In this document: positions 11,346-23,240 of the stretch, in pieces
Position numbering within the stretch: the stretch's first letter is position 1
Layout: each line of letters opens with the position of its first letter
Source: Thraustochytrium aureum
Taxonomy: Eukaryota
Reading direction: 5' to 3'
Assembly: GCA_012862495.1 (NCBI GenBank)
Contig: BLSG01000180.1
Span: 1 to 58,759 of the forward strand
DNA length: 58,759 nt
The notes under the pieces: model-generated
What the model was told of the DNA's origin: nothing
The model's input: the letters and a program-made list of their open reading frames with translations, nothing else
The model's database searches: none
Position numbers and translations under genes: made by a program

Positions 11346-13680
11346 CAAAACAGGGCAACATTCGCGCCGTCCAGCGAAGCAGAGCAAGTGCGGCACCAAA
11401 GGCTCGCGAGCCCTGCCTTGGACGGCCCTGGGCTAACAACCGCGAATCCAGGATTCGCGGCAACATTGAGAACCCCAAACCCGAGTTGGACGGGGTTGCA
11501 GCGCTGCCGCAACTCTACCAGCAACGGTTTGTCAACACTGCCGGCGCCCGAAACGTAAACCTTGCCGCGCCCCATCGCGCTCTGCAGCACGCCGTCCTGC
11601 CCGCGAAAAGTAATGATGACCTGCTCGCGCACGCTAACAACACAACCGGCGGTTTCCGCAAGGGCCGCTCCCACAGGAACCAGACCCTGCACTACTGAGC
11701 GCCTGGGCGTCACGGGGGAGCGCTCAAAGCCAGGAACAGCCGGCGACGCTGGCAGGTCCGCTCGACCAGATTCGAGGCGCGGTTCGTCCGTCGCAGGGTC
11801 GTTTGCCTCGGCAAATGGGTTGTCCTCGAACGCTCCTCCAAGCGCGTTTATCTCGGTACCATTCAGAGGCGTCGAGCCGCCAAGCGCCGCATCGGGCACG
11901 CCGCGCTCCAGTGCTGCCGCCTCCGCCGCAGCAGTAGCAGCGGCGCCGTCGTCCGCCCAGTCGGTCTCCGCGATTCCGTCCGCACAGGCGACTAGATCTG
12001 CAAACGGATCGTCGTGCATGCCGTCCCCAAACGCCACGTCAAACGCAAGGCAGCCCTCTGTCGCGGCTGCCGCCTCATGTTCTGTCGCGGATCCCGCCTT
12101 CAAAGTGGCATCTTCGTCGTGGCGTCTAGGGCCCGTATCGGCGATGGCTTCGACTGGAAAAGGTTCAGCGTCCGAAGAGAACGGGTCCGCAGAAAACGCG
12201 TCAGGGCAGAACGGGTCCGTCGAGAAGGGGTCCGCTTCGAACGCGTCGGCCCCGGCCGGCTCCAGCTCGGCATCAGCCGAGAGTTTTGTTCCGTCCTCGC
12301 AAAATGGCGCCAGTGCGGCTTCTGGGGATGGCCCGTTGCTCTCGGAGGGGAAGGCAGGGTCAAAAGAATTCTCAAAGTCCGCATCAAAGCCAGCGCCCGC
12401 CTCCTCCGCGGCGGGCCCGATGCAAAGCGCAGGCTCGACGGGCAGTAACGGCGCGGTTTTCGCGTCTGCTGGAGCGGGTGGGGCCTCGAACGCGTCACCA
12501 AAGTCTGCCTCGAAGAGCGCCTCGAGGCCCGCCGCGCGGTCCGCTTTGCGCTGCTTGCGCAGCTCCTTTCTGCGCTTGAGGGCTTTGCGCGACGACGCGG
12601 CCGGCTCGCTTGTGATGGCATCTTGGCCCTCGCTTGGCTCGGCCGCGAACGGCAGGCACCGCTCGCTAGGGATGGAGAGGTCGCGCTCGCGTTGCAGCAC
12701 GGGACGCAGGCCGCGCCACCCTTCCTGAGCGCGCAAGAGCAGTGAGTTCCACTCCCGTTCGCGCAGCGCCTCGTCCAGCGCGGGCCCGCAAAGCGCTCCC
12801 GGCAAAACGGCCCCTCCGCCGCGAGCTGGGGACTGCGACCCGTTGCTAGAGGGCGGGGTCCGGTCGCCGCCGGCACCGCCCGTCGACGCGGCCAACTGGG
12901 GCGCGTCGGCCCCAAACAGCGCTGGCTTGGCCACGTCGAGCGCGTCGCGACCCGTCAAAAGAATCTTTTGCAGGCCCAAGTAGAGCTCGAGAAAGCTTCG
13001 GTCGAGGCGTTTGGCGCCCACCTTGCCGTCGCAGAGCGCGAGAACGAGATCCAGGACGTGACCGAGGACAGCAGCGGAGGCCCAGACGGTGTCGCGGGCT
13101 ANNNNNNNNNNNNNNNNNNNNNNNNNNNNNNNNNNNNNNNNNNNNNNNNNNNNNNNNNNNNNNNNNNNNNNNNNNNNNNNNNNNNNNNNNNNNNNNNNNN
13201 NNNNNNNNNNNNNNNNNNNNNNNNNNNNNNNNNNNNNNNNNNNNNNNNNNNNNNNNNNNNNNNNNNNNNNNNNNNNNNNNNNNNNNNNNNNNNNNNNNNN
13301 NNNNNNNNNNNNNNNNNNNNNNNNNNNNNNNNNNNNNNNNNNNNNNNNNNNNNNNNNNNNNNNNNNNNNNNNNNNNNNNNNNNNNNNNNNNNNNNNNNNN
13401 NNNNNNNNNNNNNNNNNNNNNNNNNNNNNNNNNNNNNNNNNNNNNNNNNNNNNNNCATACTCCACCACGCCTGCGCCGCGTCAGGGGCCATTCGCGGTGC
13501 CAAACGGGTCGTTGTGCCAAGCAAGGCCGCCCGAGTCGCAGGAGCGAGCGGCCGATGCACAAGCAAGTGCACAAGCGCAGCGTCCTGCGCGCTGGCTGGC
13601 CTTCGACACGTACCTGAGTGCTGCTGGCACACCACGCGCCCGGCCTCGTCCACGACGGCGGCCGCGACAGCGCCGCTCAT
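11346..13680 (-). CDS. Adaptor medium-subunit-like protein (longin domain, DPF/NPF-rich linker, mu-homology domain); TCUP/TML (TSET) or muniscin-like; 3' end in gap
   Basis: ATG at 13680. A GT-AG intron at 13613-13471 (CTGAC branch-like motif) splices into the long ORF frame, giving MSGAVAAAVVDEAGRVVCQQHSGVVEY. A longin-type helix (KRLDRSFLELYLGLQKIL) is followed by an acidic linker with repeated DPF, NPF and FDADF motifs, then the MHD-like start VVSVREQVIITF...GKVYV. Confidence 0.55.
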
Positions 13681-13729
13681 CCTCTTCAGGCTGACTGCTC
13701 GAGTGTCTGACAGCCGGCGCTCGGGCCCT

Positions 13730-14018
13730 CGTCACATTGGGGGGCAAAATGACGACGGTGCCCTCGTTCCGATTCTGTCCCTTGCTGTCTCGTCATTTAG
13801 GGGTTAACGTCACGGGTAGCGAGTTACGAAAGGCCCGCAAATGACGTGCCGTCCTGGAATCACGACCAACCGTCCGCTCACAAAACCGCCACAAGTGACG
13901 TAATCCTCCACTCGTCACCAAACCCCAAGTGACGTGCCGCGCGTCGACGAAAGCCCCTCGTCACACGTCAATACCACTGTAGCGCCCCTTGGGCGAAAAC
14001 GACGTACATTTCACGTCA
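13730..14018. promoter_or_regulatory. Bidirectional promoter with a dense TGACG/CGTCA (CRE/ATF half-site) cluster
   Basis: 11 TGACG/CGTCA hits counted in ~290 bp between the divergent adaptor-like gene and RPE; several extend to TGACGT or GTGACGT. Confidence 0.55.
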
Positions 14019-14251
14019 CCAAGGTATTTTCGTTTCGCAAGGCGGCGTCCTTGTCGTGGGCCGCGCGACTGGACGCGCGACAGCGGAACAGGAGAGACTC
14101 GGACGCGCGCGTCTGCAAAGCTATCCTCGGTGGCTGACGGGAGCTAGCCTTGGCGAGAGCCTTCTAAGCTAGACGCGCGCCAAAAGAGTCGCGGCCGGAA
14201 TCAGCTGCGGGGTTCGTGTCGTTGGCGGCTTGGTCTGCTGTGGAGAGGACG

Positions 14252-15069
14252 ATGCACCACTGCTGCGAGGCCAAGGTTGGCCCGTCCGTGCTGGACTGTG
14301 ACATGGTGAGTGGCGCTCGGAGGCGGAGTGCGAAGATGTGCGCTGGCTGACGGCGGTCCTTGGAGCGCGTGGCGGGGCAAAGGCAAACCTCGCAGAGGAG
14401 GTGCATCGCGTGCTGCGCGCCGGCGCAGACTACGTCCACCTGGATGTCATGGATGGACACTTTGTGCCGAACATTTCGTTCGGGCCGTACGTGATCGAGT
14501 GCCTGCGCAAGCACGTGCCGGACGTTCCTTTTGACTGCCACATGATGACAAGCGAGCCCGAAAACTGGGTCTCCGGCGTGGCCAAGGCGCAAGGCAGCCA
14601 GCCCGGGCTTCTCACCTACACATTCCACCTCGAGACCACCGAGGCCCGAGGCAAGACGCAAGAGGTTATTGACATGATCAAGAGCCACGATATGCGCGTC
14701 GGGCTCAGCATCAGCCCCGACACCCCGGTGGAGGCGCTGCTCAAGTATGCCGACCAGATCGACCTTGCGCTCATCATGACTGTCCACCCTGGCAAGGGCG
14801 GCCAGTCTTTCATGAAGGAAATGATGGACAAAGTCAGGGCCGTGCGCGCCAAGTACCCAGACATGGACATTGAGGTCGACGGAGGCGTCAAGCCGGCCAC
14901 TGTGGACGCGGCGGCCGAGGCTGGGGCCAACCTCATCGTCTCCGGGTCTGGAGTCTACAAGGCCAAGGACATGGCTGAGAGCATTGCGCACATGAAGCGT
15001 AGCGTGGAGATGCTGGGACAGGGCAAAGCTGAGAGCGAGCTTTCCCCGATGCGCTCCGACAAAGACTAA
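14252..15069 (+). CDS. RPE: Ribulose-phosphate 3-epimerase (exons 14252-14305 and 14383-15069)
   Basis: Splicing the GTGAGT...AG intron at 14306-14382 gives MHHCCEAKVGPSVLDCDMANLAEE. Signature motifs HLDVMDGHFVPNISFG, DCHMM, MTVHPGKGGQ and IEVDGG are present. Confidence 0.96.
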
Positions 15070-15292
15070 CCTCTTCACGAACAACAAACAAGAAGCTCTT
15101 CCATCTTTCTCTCCTTGACACTGCCTCTCTTCAGAGCATGCTGGCGTGCACAGGACAGGCAGCGGGAGCGCCGCGCCGCCTCTGTGGCAGGCAAACGAGC
15201 GGCTCTCCGCAGCGCTCTCGTTGCTTCGCTCTCTTGTGAAATTATGGCGACAAAGCAACAATGAAAATGCCCGAGCGCGCAAATTGCTCTAT

Positions 15293-16056
15293 CTAAAGAC
15301 GAAGCGAAGAGTCCCACACAAGCAGAACGGAGAGCGCCGCGGCAAGCGCGGCCGCCCGGCCTTGGCCCGGGCGGCTTGCTGCTCCGACCTTGATGTGGAT
15401 GGTCTCGGTAAACACATCAGTGGCAACGGCCTCCGCGCTGTCAGTCTCCACCGCGAAGGCCTCGCACTTGCTTACGCCACGCCAAAACGTGACAACGTTG
15501 TCATATTCCTCGACCCAAATTGTCAATTTGTACCCAATGACGTACTTGGACGCATCGGTGCGGGTCAGTGGGCAATATACGACGCTATTATCGCCAGCGG
15601 TCGCCCTTCGCGCGAAACGAAATCCCATTCCTTATTCTTGAGCGAGTCAAAGCTGAGCACCACGCCGACAGTTTCCAAGCTCCTGCTCATGTCACAGTCA
15701 AAGACGAGGACTTCGTCGACCTCGAACGTGAGCCGCCGGTTCGAGCAGCAGGTGATGCAATAGGTTTTGTTGACGGGAAACTCGGTCTCCGCGTTGAAGT
15801 CTACAAAGACGCCGCTCAGGTCGTCCGTGTTTCCAGCACTAGATGCGCCCTCGTTGTAGTTGCACGACAGCATCCCGATCCCCGCAAAGCACCGAAACGT
15901 TTGCTGGTCCTCTTGCGGGTCTCTCGGTTCGCTCGGCTGCGCCAGCCTGCCCCATACCTCCTCCGACCAAGAGTTCGCTGGCCTTTGCTGGCCCACCGTG
16001 CTCGTCAAGCTTGTCCCCAGCAGCGCCGTCGTCAAGGCCAGCCGCAGCGGCGCCAT
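15293..16056 (-). CDS. Secreted, probably GPI-anchored Cys-containing protein (frameshift near 15630)
   Basis: Signal-peptide-like start MAPLRLALTTALLGTSLTSTVG. ORF 15565..16194 joins ORF 15293..15628, which ends in a hydrophobic tail (AAALAAALSVLLVW). Confidence 0.6.
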
Positions 16057-16596
16057 CAGACCGGACGTCAAGACCGAGAGTCTTGCACGCTCGTCCCGCT
16101 CTCCAAAACCCCGAAATGCGGACCGAGCTGCCAATCCCCGTGGCGCTCGACCTCGTCTGCAAGGCCTGCCTGCATTCCATGTCTGCCGTCGCATGGCTGG
16201 CCCAAGTTTCGAAACGAGCGCATTGCCCCTCGTCTACGTTACCGTTTCGATCGATCCGTTGACAATCGGTCGTTGCAGCGTGGAGAACTAACTCTTCTCG
16301 CGCATCATCATGTCAGGCACGAACGGCAATCTCAGCTCTCGCTCACGCTGTGTGAGCTGGCTTTCGCACGTCGCTTGCGGCGAGGCACTTTTAGGTCGGC
16401 CTCCTTCGCAGCGACTTCCGGCATCGCACAGAGGCGTAATCTCTCAGGTCCGCGCGAGTTGATTAGCAAACCTGACATGCTTGACTACTGGAGCTTGAGA
16501 AAGCAGTTGAATCGTCGCGAATGCGGTTTCCGCTCTGCCATCCGAGCGGCAAAGCAGCAGCGCTGGCAGTACCGCAGCGCGGCCACGACCGGCACG

Positions 16597-18304
16597 ATGA
16601 GCAAGGTGGGCCCGCTTACTGCCGGACGAAGCGCGGCTTCCGAAGCGCCGCCAGACGGCCTGGCACAGGTCAAGTCAGCACGGCGGTCTTGCATGCAGGA
16701 AGTTCGCGCTGCGACATGGTTGACAGCCGCAATTGTTGTGCATGGAGTGCCGTGCTTGCTCGCGCTACTCCTGTTCTGGTACCCAGTGTATCTCACAACG
16801 CCGTTTGCCGTCGTGCAAGTAAACCGAACAGTCATCACGCCCGAGTTCTCCAAGCAGCCGCCGACGCAACCCGTGTTCGACATCCCCTTGTACGGGTACC
16901 TACCAGCTTGCTTTATGTTGCTGGTTTGCTGCAATGCAAAGGTGAAGGCTGGGATTCTCCTGGGCAATTTGGCGGGCTACCTCCTCCGCCTTGTCGTCCA
17001 TAAAACACCATACCAGCCAATCGGAGTCAGCTTTCCTTTGATAGGAGTCGCGATTGCGCTTTGGATCACGCTTCCCCGTGGAACCCGGCTGCCGCACGAG
17101 GCGATCAAGCAGACGCTAGCGGTCGTGGTTGCCATCTGCCTCTTCATGCTTTCAACCGCGCTGCGCGGCAGGGGTGAGATGGCCAAAGTGGTCGAAATCT
17201 GTGTAGTCTTTCCAGTCGTGCGGGAGCTAGGTTTCACGATCGTCAAAGACAGCACGATGTCGCTGGCGATAGGCAACGCCGTCACCGGAAACAACGCGGT
17301 GCGTTTGCGGCGCAAGTACGTGTGGCTCTTCTTTCTGTGGTTTCAATTCCAGCTCTCGATGCTCGTTCGGTTCTTCTTCTCGGAGCTGAGAAGCAGTTCC
17401 GTTCTCGTCGCTGTCGTCATCCTCCAGTCGGCGCTCGAGCTGGCGATGCGTCTTTCTTTTGTGTGGCGAGACACGCAAATGTTGCGCCTCAAGGCGTGGC
17501 TGTGCGGCGCTGGGCCATATTTGCGATTCGTCTCGGCAGTGCAGTCCTCCGCTTATGCGACTCGTTTTTCCTGAGTACAAAAGTTCACGCGGAGGCACAG
17601 CTCCGTCGCAAACCGAGTTGACCGAGGAGGGTCTCAAGACGGCTAGATACGCGTGCTACGCGCAGTTCGTCATCGGGGAGATGGTTTCGGAGTACGCTGC
17701 CATCTTCATGGTCCCTTGCGTCATCTTGATGTTTCAGAAGCGCAAGTTTTGGGTTACCTTCGATGCCTACAATGGGATAGACGNNNNNNNNNNNNNNNNN
17801 NNNNNNNNNNNNNNNNNNNNNNNNNNNNNNNNNNNNNNNNNNNNNNNNNNNNNNNNNNNNNNNNNNNNNNNNNNNNNNNNNNNNNNNNNNNNNNNNNNNN
17901 NNNNNNNNNNNNNNNNNCTGGGCTCTCGGAATTCGTGCGCCCTGCAGTTTGTCGGAGAGGTCATCGTCGACATCATTTGTGTGGTCATAGAGCAGCGCCG
18001 AGGTCTTGATATTGAAGCAGCGTGGATGAAGCGATGCGACAGGTCCCCTCTCACCTTTGCAATGCTTTTGGTGCTCGTGGCTTGGATCGTGGGCCCAGCC
18101 GTGCTCGCTTTCGCCTCAATGCGCCATTCCTTCACCGAATGCGAGGGTCGCGATCTGTGCTACTGCATCGACTCGTTCGCGTTGGATTCGATTCAGCGCA
18201 AGCTCTGTGACATGGTCTACCCCAACTCCAGCGGGATGCCGCTTGACATGGCTTGCGCCGCCGCGGCCAACTTTACGGCCTGCATGAGCAGCTTTGGGGC
18301 TTAG
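16597..18304 (+). CDS. Multi-pass membrane protein of unknown function (frameshift near 17560, internal gap)
   Basis: Many hydrophobic helices across ORFs 15568..17574 and 17459..18304, with a Cys-rich C-terminal tail. ATG chosen at 16597. Confidence 0.65.
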
Positions 18305-18452
18305 GTGCTTGTTGCGCGGCCCAATCTTCGACGCGGTTGTCCTTCAGTTGACATCAACCGCATGGACCAAGAGAACCACACTTGACTCAACCTGATCTGA
18401 ACTGATTTCTTTCGTTTGTGTGCTCTTTCGGGCGCGTGCGAGGAGAGCTGCG

Positions 18453-19125
18453 CTAGGATCCCGAGTCGTCAAACCGGTGCAAGATGCCCACTTGCTCCAT
18501 CAATGAAGTCACCGTGCCGTCGCTGAGGCCCTTGACAAGCTCCGTGTACCCGCCGACCGGCGTCTGACCAACGTAGATGTTTGGCACTGTGCGCTGCCCG
18601 CTGTACGCTAGGAGCGCCTGTTGGTAGTACTTGCCATCTTCGATGAGGTCCAGCTCGCGCACGATCGGCACGACCCCTCCCATCGCGAGCACTCGCTTCG
18701 CCTCGGCGCAGTACGGGCAAGTAGACTTGCTGTACACGAGCACGCCCGTGTTGGACTCAATCTCCTCCACCAGCGCATCAAACTTGGAGCTGATCGGCCG
18801 AGTCCCCGCCACTGCGCTCGCCGACGCCGACGCAGCACTCCTGCCAGGCTGCGCGCGCCACTGCACGTCAAAGCCAAGCGTTGTCCGTCCCGCCCTGGCC
18901 AGCTGGTGAACGCTGCGCGTTTGCCCAACTTGCGCCATTCCTCGCTCCAGTTCCCGCGGCCCCGGCAGAGTGGCGGCATTCTGCTGCGTGTCCGCCTGCT
19001 GCCTCGTCAGGGACCACCACGCCTTCGGCGGGCCGCGTCGCCGCGCCGCCGTCCGCGACAAACCCCGACGTCGCCGTGGCCCATCGCCGCGAGCATCTCG
19101 ATGTCCACCAGCTCGACAGCATCAT
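18453..19125 (-). CDS. Dithiol glutaredoxin (CPYC), likely with an organelle-targeting N-terminal extension
   Basis: Motifs VYSKSTCPYC, QRTVPNIYVG and VGGY. An Arg-rich, acid-poor leader is reachable from ATG 19125 with one frameshift near 19061; start uncertain. Confidence 0.9.
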
Positions 19126-20470
19126 CCCGCCGCCGGCCCGCGAGAGCCGCGGGGAACCCCGCCGCCGCGCGCGCGAGCTCCTGCTGCGTGGCGTCCCGGG
19201 AGAGCGAGCTGCGCGCCTGCCGCTGCTGCGTGCGAGGAACGTGCTTGGTTTGCTTCGCGATTCTGGATTCCTGTGCGCGCGATGGACGTCGGGATGGACG
19301 AGCAGGCTTGTGGCCGCCCGACGCTCGCCGCCTCGGCGCACCGGCCCTCGGTGGGGCGGAGGGGGCCGCGTCCACACCCGTGAGGGGCGCACTTTGCTTT
19401 TATTTGCGGCCTGGATGGGCGGACGGGCTCGACGTATGGAAATGATGGGATGGATTCTGGGATGGAATGGAATGTTGCCGCCCGATGCTCGCGGCCTCGG
19501 CCGCGCGGCAGGCCGGCACGGGCCTGTCTTGGGAGTCTAGCTCCAGAGAGAGCTGGCTGGCTGGCCGGCTGCGAGCAAGCAAGCGAGCGAGCGAGCGAGC
19601 GGGACTGGTCCCGGGACCGGAGCCGGCCAAGACGGCGAGGAAGGCGCGACGGCGGGAGCGGGTCGCGCGCGGGACGGTGGGGTTGTCTTGCGTTCTGCTC
19701 TCTACTGCGAGGCTGGCGCCACGGTGTCCGCGCAGAGCGTTGGTTGGTTGGTCGAGCCCGCGGTTTCCTCTCAAACTGCTCGAGTCTGCTGGAGTTGCCT
19801 TGCAAGCCTCTCAGACGCACTTGGCGCTTGCCAAATGCGGCCGGCCTCGCCGAGCTGAATCTGCAGACCTTGCCGAGTCGGATCATGCTAAAACCGGCCA
19901 GATGATGCTTGCAGGGTTGGTGAGGCCCAGACCAACAAACGTGTGTCCAAAGCGCGCGCCTGCGCCTGCAGCAGCAGCCCGGCCCCACCAACGCCACCAA
20001 CTCCGAGCCATCAGCTCTCTCTCTCTTGTATGTAAGTATGGCGCTCGGGCCAAGCAACGAGCCAATGAAAGAGCTGCGCGTGGGATAAGATCCCCGCTCG
20101 TTCGTATGCGGATCACCGCTCTCGAATCCGAGTCTCGATCCCGGCCCGTCGAGCAACCTTCTCGAGAACAAGCCAACCCGAAACCCAGTGAGCCATCTCG
20201 ATGGCACGACGCACGCGAGCGCACAGGCACCAATCACGCAAGTCGAGGACCACGTGGCCGTGGCAGGTGGCCGTTCGGCGAGAGCGCGCAGCTTGGATTG
20301 CAGACATTTACTGCGCGCACCGCTCAACGTACGAAAACGTTACGATAATAACTCGTGGATTATTTTACCCGTAGACGACGAAATAGTGCCCAGTGGCAAT
20401 CGAGTGGAGTTGCGGCACCTGCTGCAGACCCCAAACCGAGACTGTGCGAGCCACCAGGCGTCGGGCGGGA

Positions 20471-20546
20471 GACCGAGACGCGGGTCCAGGCAAGGCAGGC
20501 TCGGCTTCGAGCGACCGAGACGCGGGTCCAGGCAAGGCAAGCTCGG
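20471..20546. repeat. 34-bp direct repeat, 2 copies, period 42
   Basis: GACCGAGACGCGGGTCCAGGCAAGGCA(G/A)GCTCGG at 20471-20504 and 20513-20546, upstream of MOG1. Confidence 0.85.
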
Positions 20547-20676
20547 ACGGACGCACAGGAGCCTCGGGCGTCGCTGACCAAGCAAGAGCCCGACTCGACC
20601 AAGCGGAGCCCGGCAGGAAAGGAGCAAGGAAAGGAGCGAAGGCGAGAGGAGGCAGCCGCAAACCGAGGCAGGCGAC

Positions 20677-21288
20677 ATGGCGACCAGCGAGCCCAACTTT
20701 GTGCGGCGCGAGCTGTTTGGCGGCGCGATCACGGCCTGCATCCCTGTCGAGTTTGTGGACATTAGCGCAGTGCGCGCTGTTCCGGACAACCAGGAATGCT
20801 ACGCACACCAAGACACCGACCGGTCGCTGATCGTTGAGATCCTCGAGTACGAGACCGGCCAGAGCGACAAAGATGCGCCTGCGTTTTTTTTCGGCGACCT
20901 GGCAGAAGCGAACGGGTCGCAAAAGACGGAGATCCAAGTCACCGAGGGCGTCGCGCCCGAGATTGCAATGCCGAGCCTCGCGGCAGGCGACGCATCGCAC
21001 GTGGGCATCGCCATTGGGACACAGCTTGTGTCAAAGTTTCGCGAGTCCGCGGCCAACTCCATCCGCGTTTTCCTTGCCGACATCCGCTTGCCCAAGTACA
21101 GCACGGACATCCTCGTGTCGCTCAACGTGCCGGTCGCGCTGGACCCGCACAGCAGTAGCGCGGAGGCGATGCAGGCCGCGGGCGTCTCGTTCACAGACTC
21201 GCCAGACAAGCAGGCGGAGGAGATGCTCATCTTTCGCCGGTTCCTGGCGACCTTTGTCATCGCCAACCCGGGCCTCTTCGGCTCTTGA
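20677..21288 (+). CDS. MOG1: Ran guanine nucleotide release factor (Mog1/PsbP-like)
   Basis: RELFGGAI...FVDISAVRAVPDNQECY...DRSLIVEILE and RLPKYSTDILVSLN match Mog1. Ends in NPGLFG. Confidence 0.92.
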   Translation: MATSEPNFVRRELFGGAITACIPVEFVDISAVRAVPDNQECYAHQDTDRSLIVEILEYETGQSDKDAPAFFFGDLAEANGSQKTEIQVTEGVAPEIAMPSLAAGDASHVGIAIGTQLVSKFRESAANSIRVFLADIRLPKYSTDILVSLNVPVALDPHSSSAEAMQAAGVSFTDSPDKQAEEMLIFRRFLATFVIANPGLFGS

Positions 21289-21896
21289 GCAACGCCCCGC
21301 CCGGTTCCTGTTTTCGCTGCATCTTTTTCTCCTGTTCTCCAAGCTGCGACCGAGCGAGCGGGAGCAGCCCCGGAGTTGCTCGCAACAGCCTGCGGACAAG
21401 CTGGGCNNNNNNNNNNNNNNNNNNNNNNNNNNNNNNNNNNNNNNNNNNNNNNNNNNNNNNNNNNNNNNNNNNNNNNNNNNNNNNNNNNNNNNNNNNNNNN
21501 NNNNNNNNNNNNNNNNNNNNNNNNNNNNNNNNNNNNNNNNNNNNNNNNNNNNNNNNNNNNNNNNNNNNNNNNNNNNNNNNNNNNNNNNNNNNNNNNNNNN
21601 NNNNNNNNNNNNNNNNNNNNNNNNNNNNNNNNNNNNNNNNNNNNNNNNNNNNNNNNNNNNNNNNNNNNNNNNNNNNNNNNNNNNNNNNNNNNNNNNNNNN
21701 NNNNNNNNNNNNNNNCGACAGCTCCGCCACGAGGGCGCCGCGCCTCTGGCTGAATCCTGCGCCTCCCTCGTAGCGAGCCCGGCAGACACCTGCGCTGCTC
21801 GAGAGGGCTGCGGTCGACCGAGCAAGGTTGTTGCGGCCCGAGCGCACGCGCGCNCCGGGGGGGGGGTCGCGCGAGCCGCGGGCGAGAGGCGCAGCA

Positions 21897-23240
21897 ATGT
21901 ACGCCGTTGCGCAGCTGTACGTGATGAGCCCGCGCGGGGACACGATCCTGTCGCGCGAGTACCGCACGGACGTACCGAAAGGGACCGCCGAGATCTTCTT
22001 CCGCAATGCCAAGTTTTGGCAGGGCGGCGGCGAGGCGCCGCCCTGCTTTCACCTCGACGGCGTGAGCTACATCCACATCAAGCAGAACGGGCTCTACTTT
22101 GTCTGCACGACCAAGTTTAACCTGGCGCCAAACTTTACGCTCGAGCTCCTGGCCCGGCTTGCCAAGCTGTTCAAGGACTATTGCGGCGTCCTCTCGGAGG
22201 AGTCGCTGCGCAAAAACTTTCTGCTGCTGTACGAGCTCCTCGACGAGGTGCTCGACTACGGGTACCCGCAGTGCACCTCGACAGAGCAGCTCAAGGTGCA
22301 CGTGCATAACGAGCCGGTCGTCGTGGACATGATCAAGCAGGCAAACGCCTTCAAGGTCCCCAGCATCAACCAGAAGACGACGCCCTCGTCCTCCGTGTAC
22401 AAGCCAGTCACGATGGCTTCGAAACCCGGCCAGCAGCGCAACGAAATCTTTGTAGACATCTTGGAGCGGCTCACGATGCTGTTCAACAGCGAGGGCTACA
22501 TCCTCAGCTCGAGCATCGAAGGCAGCATCCAGATGAAGAGTTACTTGGCAGGCAACCCGCCGCTGCGGCTTGCCCTCAACGAGGACTTGGTCGTCGGGGC
22601 CGCGGGTGCCGCCGCGAGTTATGGTTCGGTGGTCCTCGACGACTGCAATTTTCACGAGTGCGTCCGACTCGACGATTTTGAGTCCTTGCGGACGCTCAAC
22701 TTTGTGCCGCCGGACGGCGAGTTTGTTCTCATGAACTACCGCATTTCGGGCGACTTTGTGGCGCCTTTTCGGATCTACCCGTTCATCGAAGAGAGCAGCC
22801 CGACGGAGATCGTCGTCACGGTCAAGATCCGTGCCGACCTGCCGCAGGCCAACTTTGGGGGCAACGTGCAGGCCACCGTGCCAGTGCCGGGCAAGTCGTG
22901 CAACGGGGTCTCTACCAAGCTAGACTCGGGCACCGCAGCGGCGGGCCAGTCCGCAGAGTACCGCGCCAAGGACAACAAGGTGGTGTGGACCGTGAAGAAG
23001 TTTACCGGCGGCGCAGAGCACACGCTGCGCATCAAGATCTCGCTCAAGGAGCCCATTTCACCGGGGATCCGCCGCGAGATCGGGCCGATCTCGCTCTCGT
23101 TCGAGATCCCCATGTTTAACGCGTCCAGCCTCCAGGTCAAGTACCTTCGCATCGTGGACCAGCACCGCACGTACAACCCGCACCGCTGGGTTCGGTACGT
23201 TTCCCAGTCAGCCTCGTACGTGTGCCGAATTGGCCACTAG
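21897..23240 (+). CDS. AP4M1: AP-4 complex subunit mu
   Basis: Intact ORF with SPRGDTILSREYR, FKDYCGVLSEESLRKNF, LDYGYPQ, NEIFVDILERL, VLDDCNFHECV, PPDGEFVLMNYR and HRWVRYV, as typical of mu4. Confidence 0.93.
   Translation: MYAVAQLYVMSPRGDTILSREYRTDVPKGTAEIFFRNAKFWQGGGEAPPCFHLDGVSYIHIKQNGLYFVCTTKFNLAPNFTLELLARLAKLFKDYCGVLSEESLRKNFLLLYELLDEVLDYGYPQCTSTEQLKVHVHNEPVVVDMIKQANAFKVPSINQKTTPSSSVYKPVTMASKPGQQRNEIFVDILERLTMLFNSEGYILSSSIEGSIQMKSYLAGNPPLRLALNEDLVVGAAGAAASYGSVVLDDCNFHECVRLDDFESLRTLNFVPPDGEFVLMNYRISGDFVAPFRIYPFIEESSPTEIVVTVKIRADLPQANFGGNVQATVPVPGKSCNGVSTKLDSGTAAAGQSAEYRAKDNKVVWTVKKFTGGAEHTLRIKISLKEPISPGIRREIGPISLSFEIPMFNASSLQVKYLRIVDQHRTYNPHRWVRYVSQSASYVCRIGH

Noticed and set aside
7723..13468. 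Very long ORFs spanning N-runs (e.g. 7723..11478, 9852..11558)
   Set aside because: Their length comes from Ns lacking stop codons; the flanking translations are antisense or low-complexity.
18868..18870. In-frame TGA upstream of glutaredoxin as possible selenocysteine
   Set aside because: That frame has no redox motif and does not lead into the glutaredoxin domain, whose active site is an ordinary CPYC.
20799..22655. 618-aa minus-strand ORF and similar antisense ORFs over RPE, malic enzyme and DUF1295
   Set aside because: These are shadow ORFs caused by high GC3 on the true coding strand.
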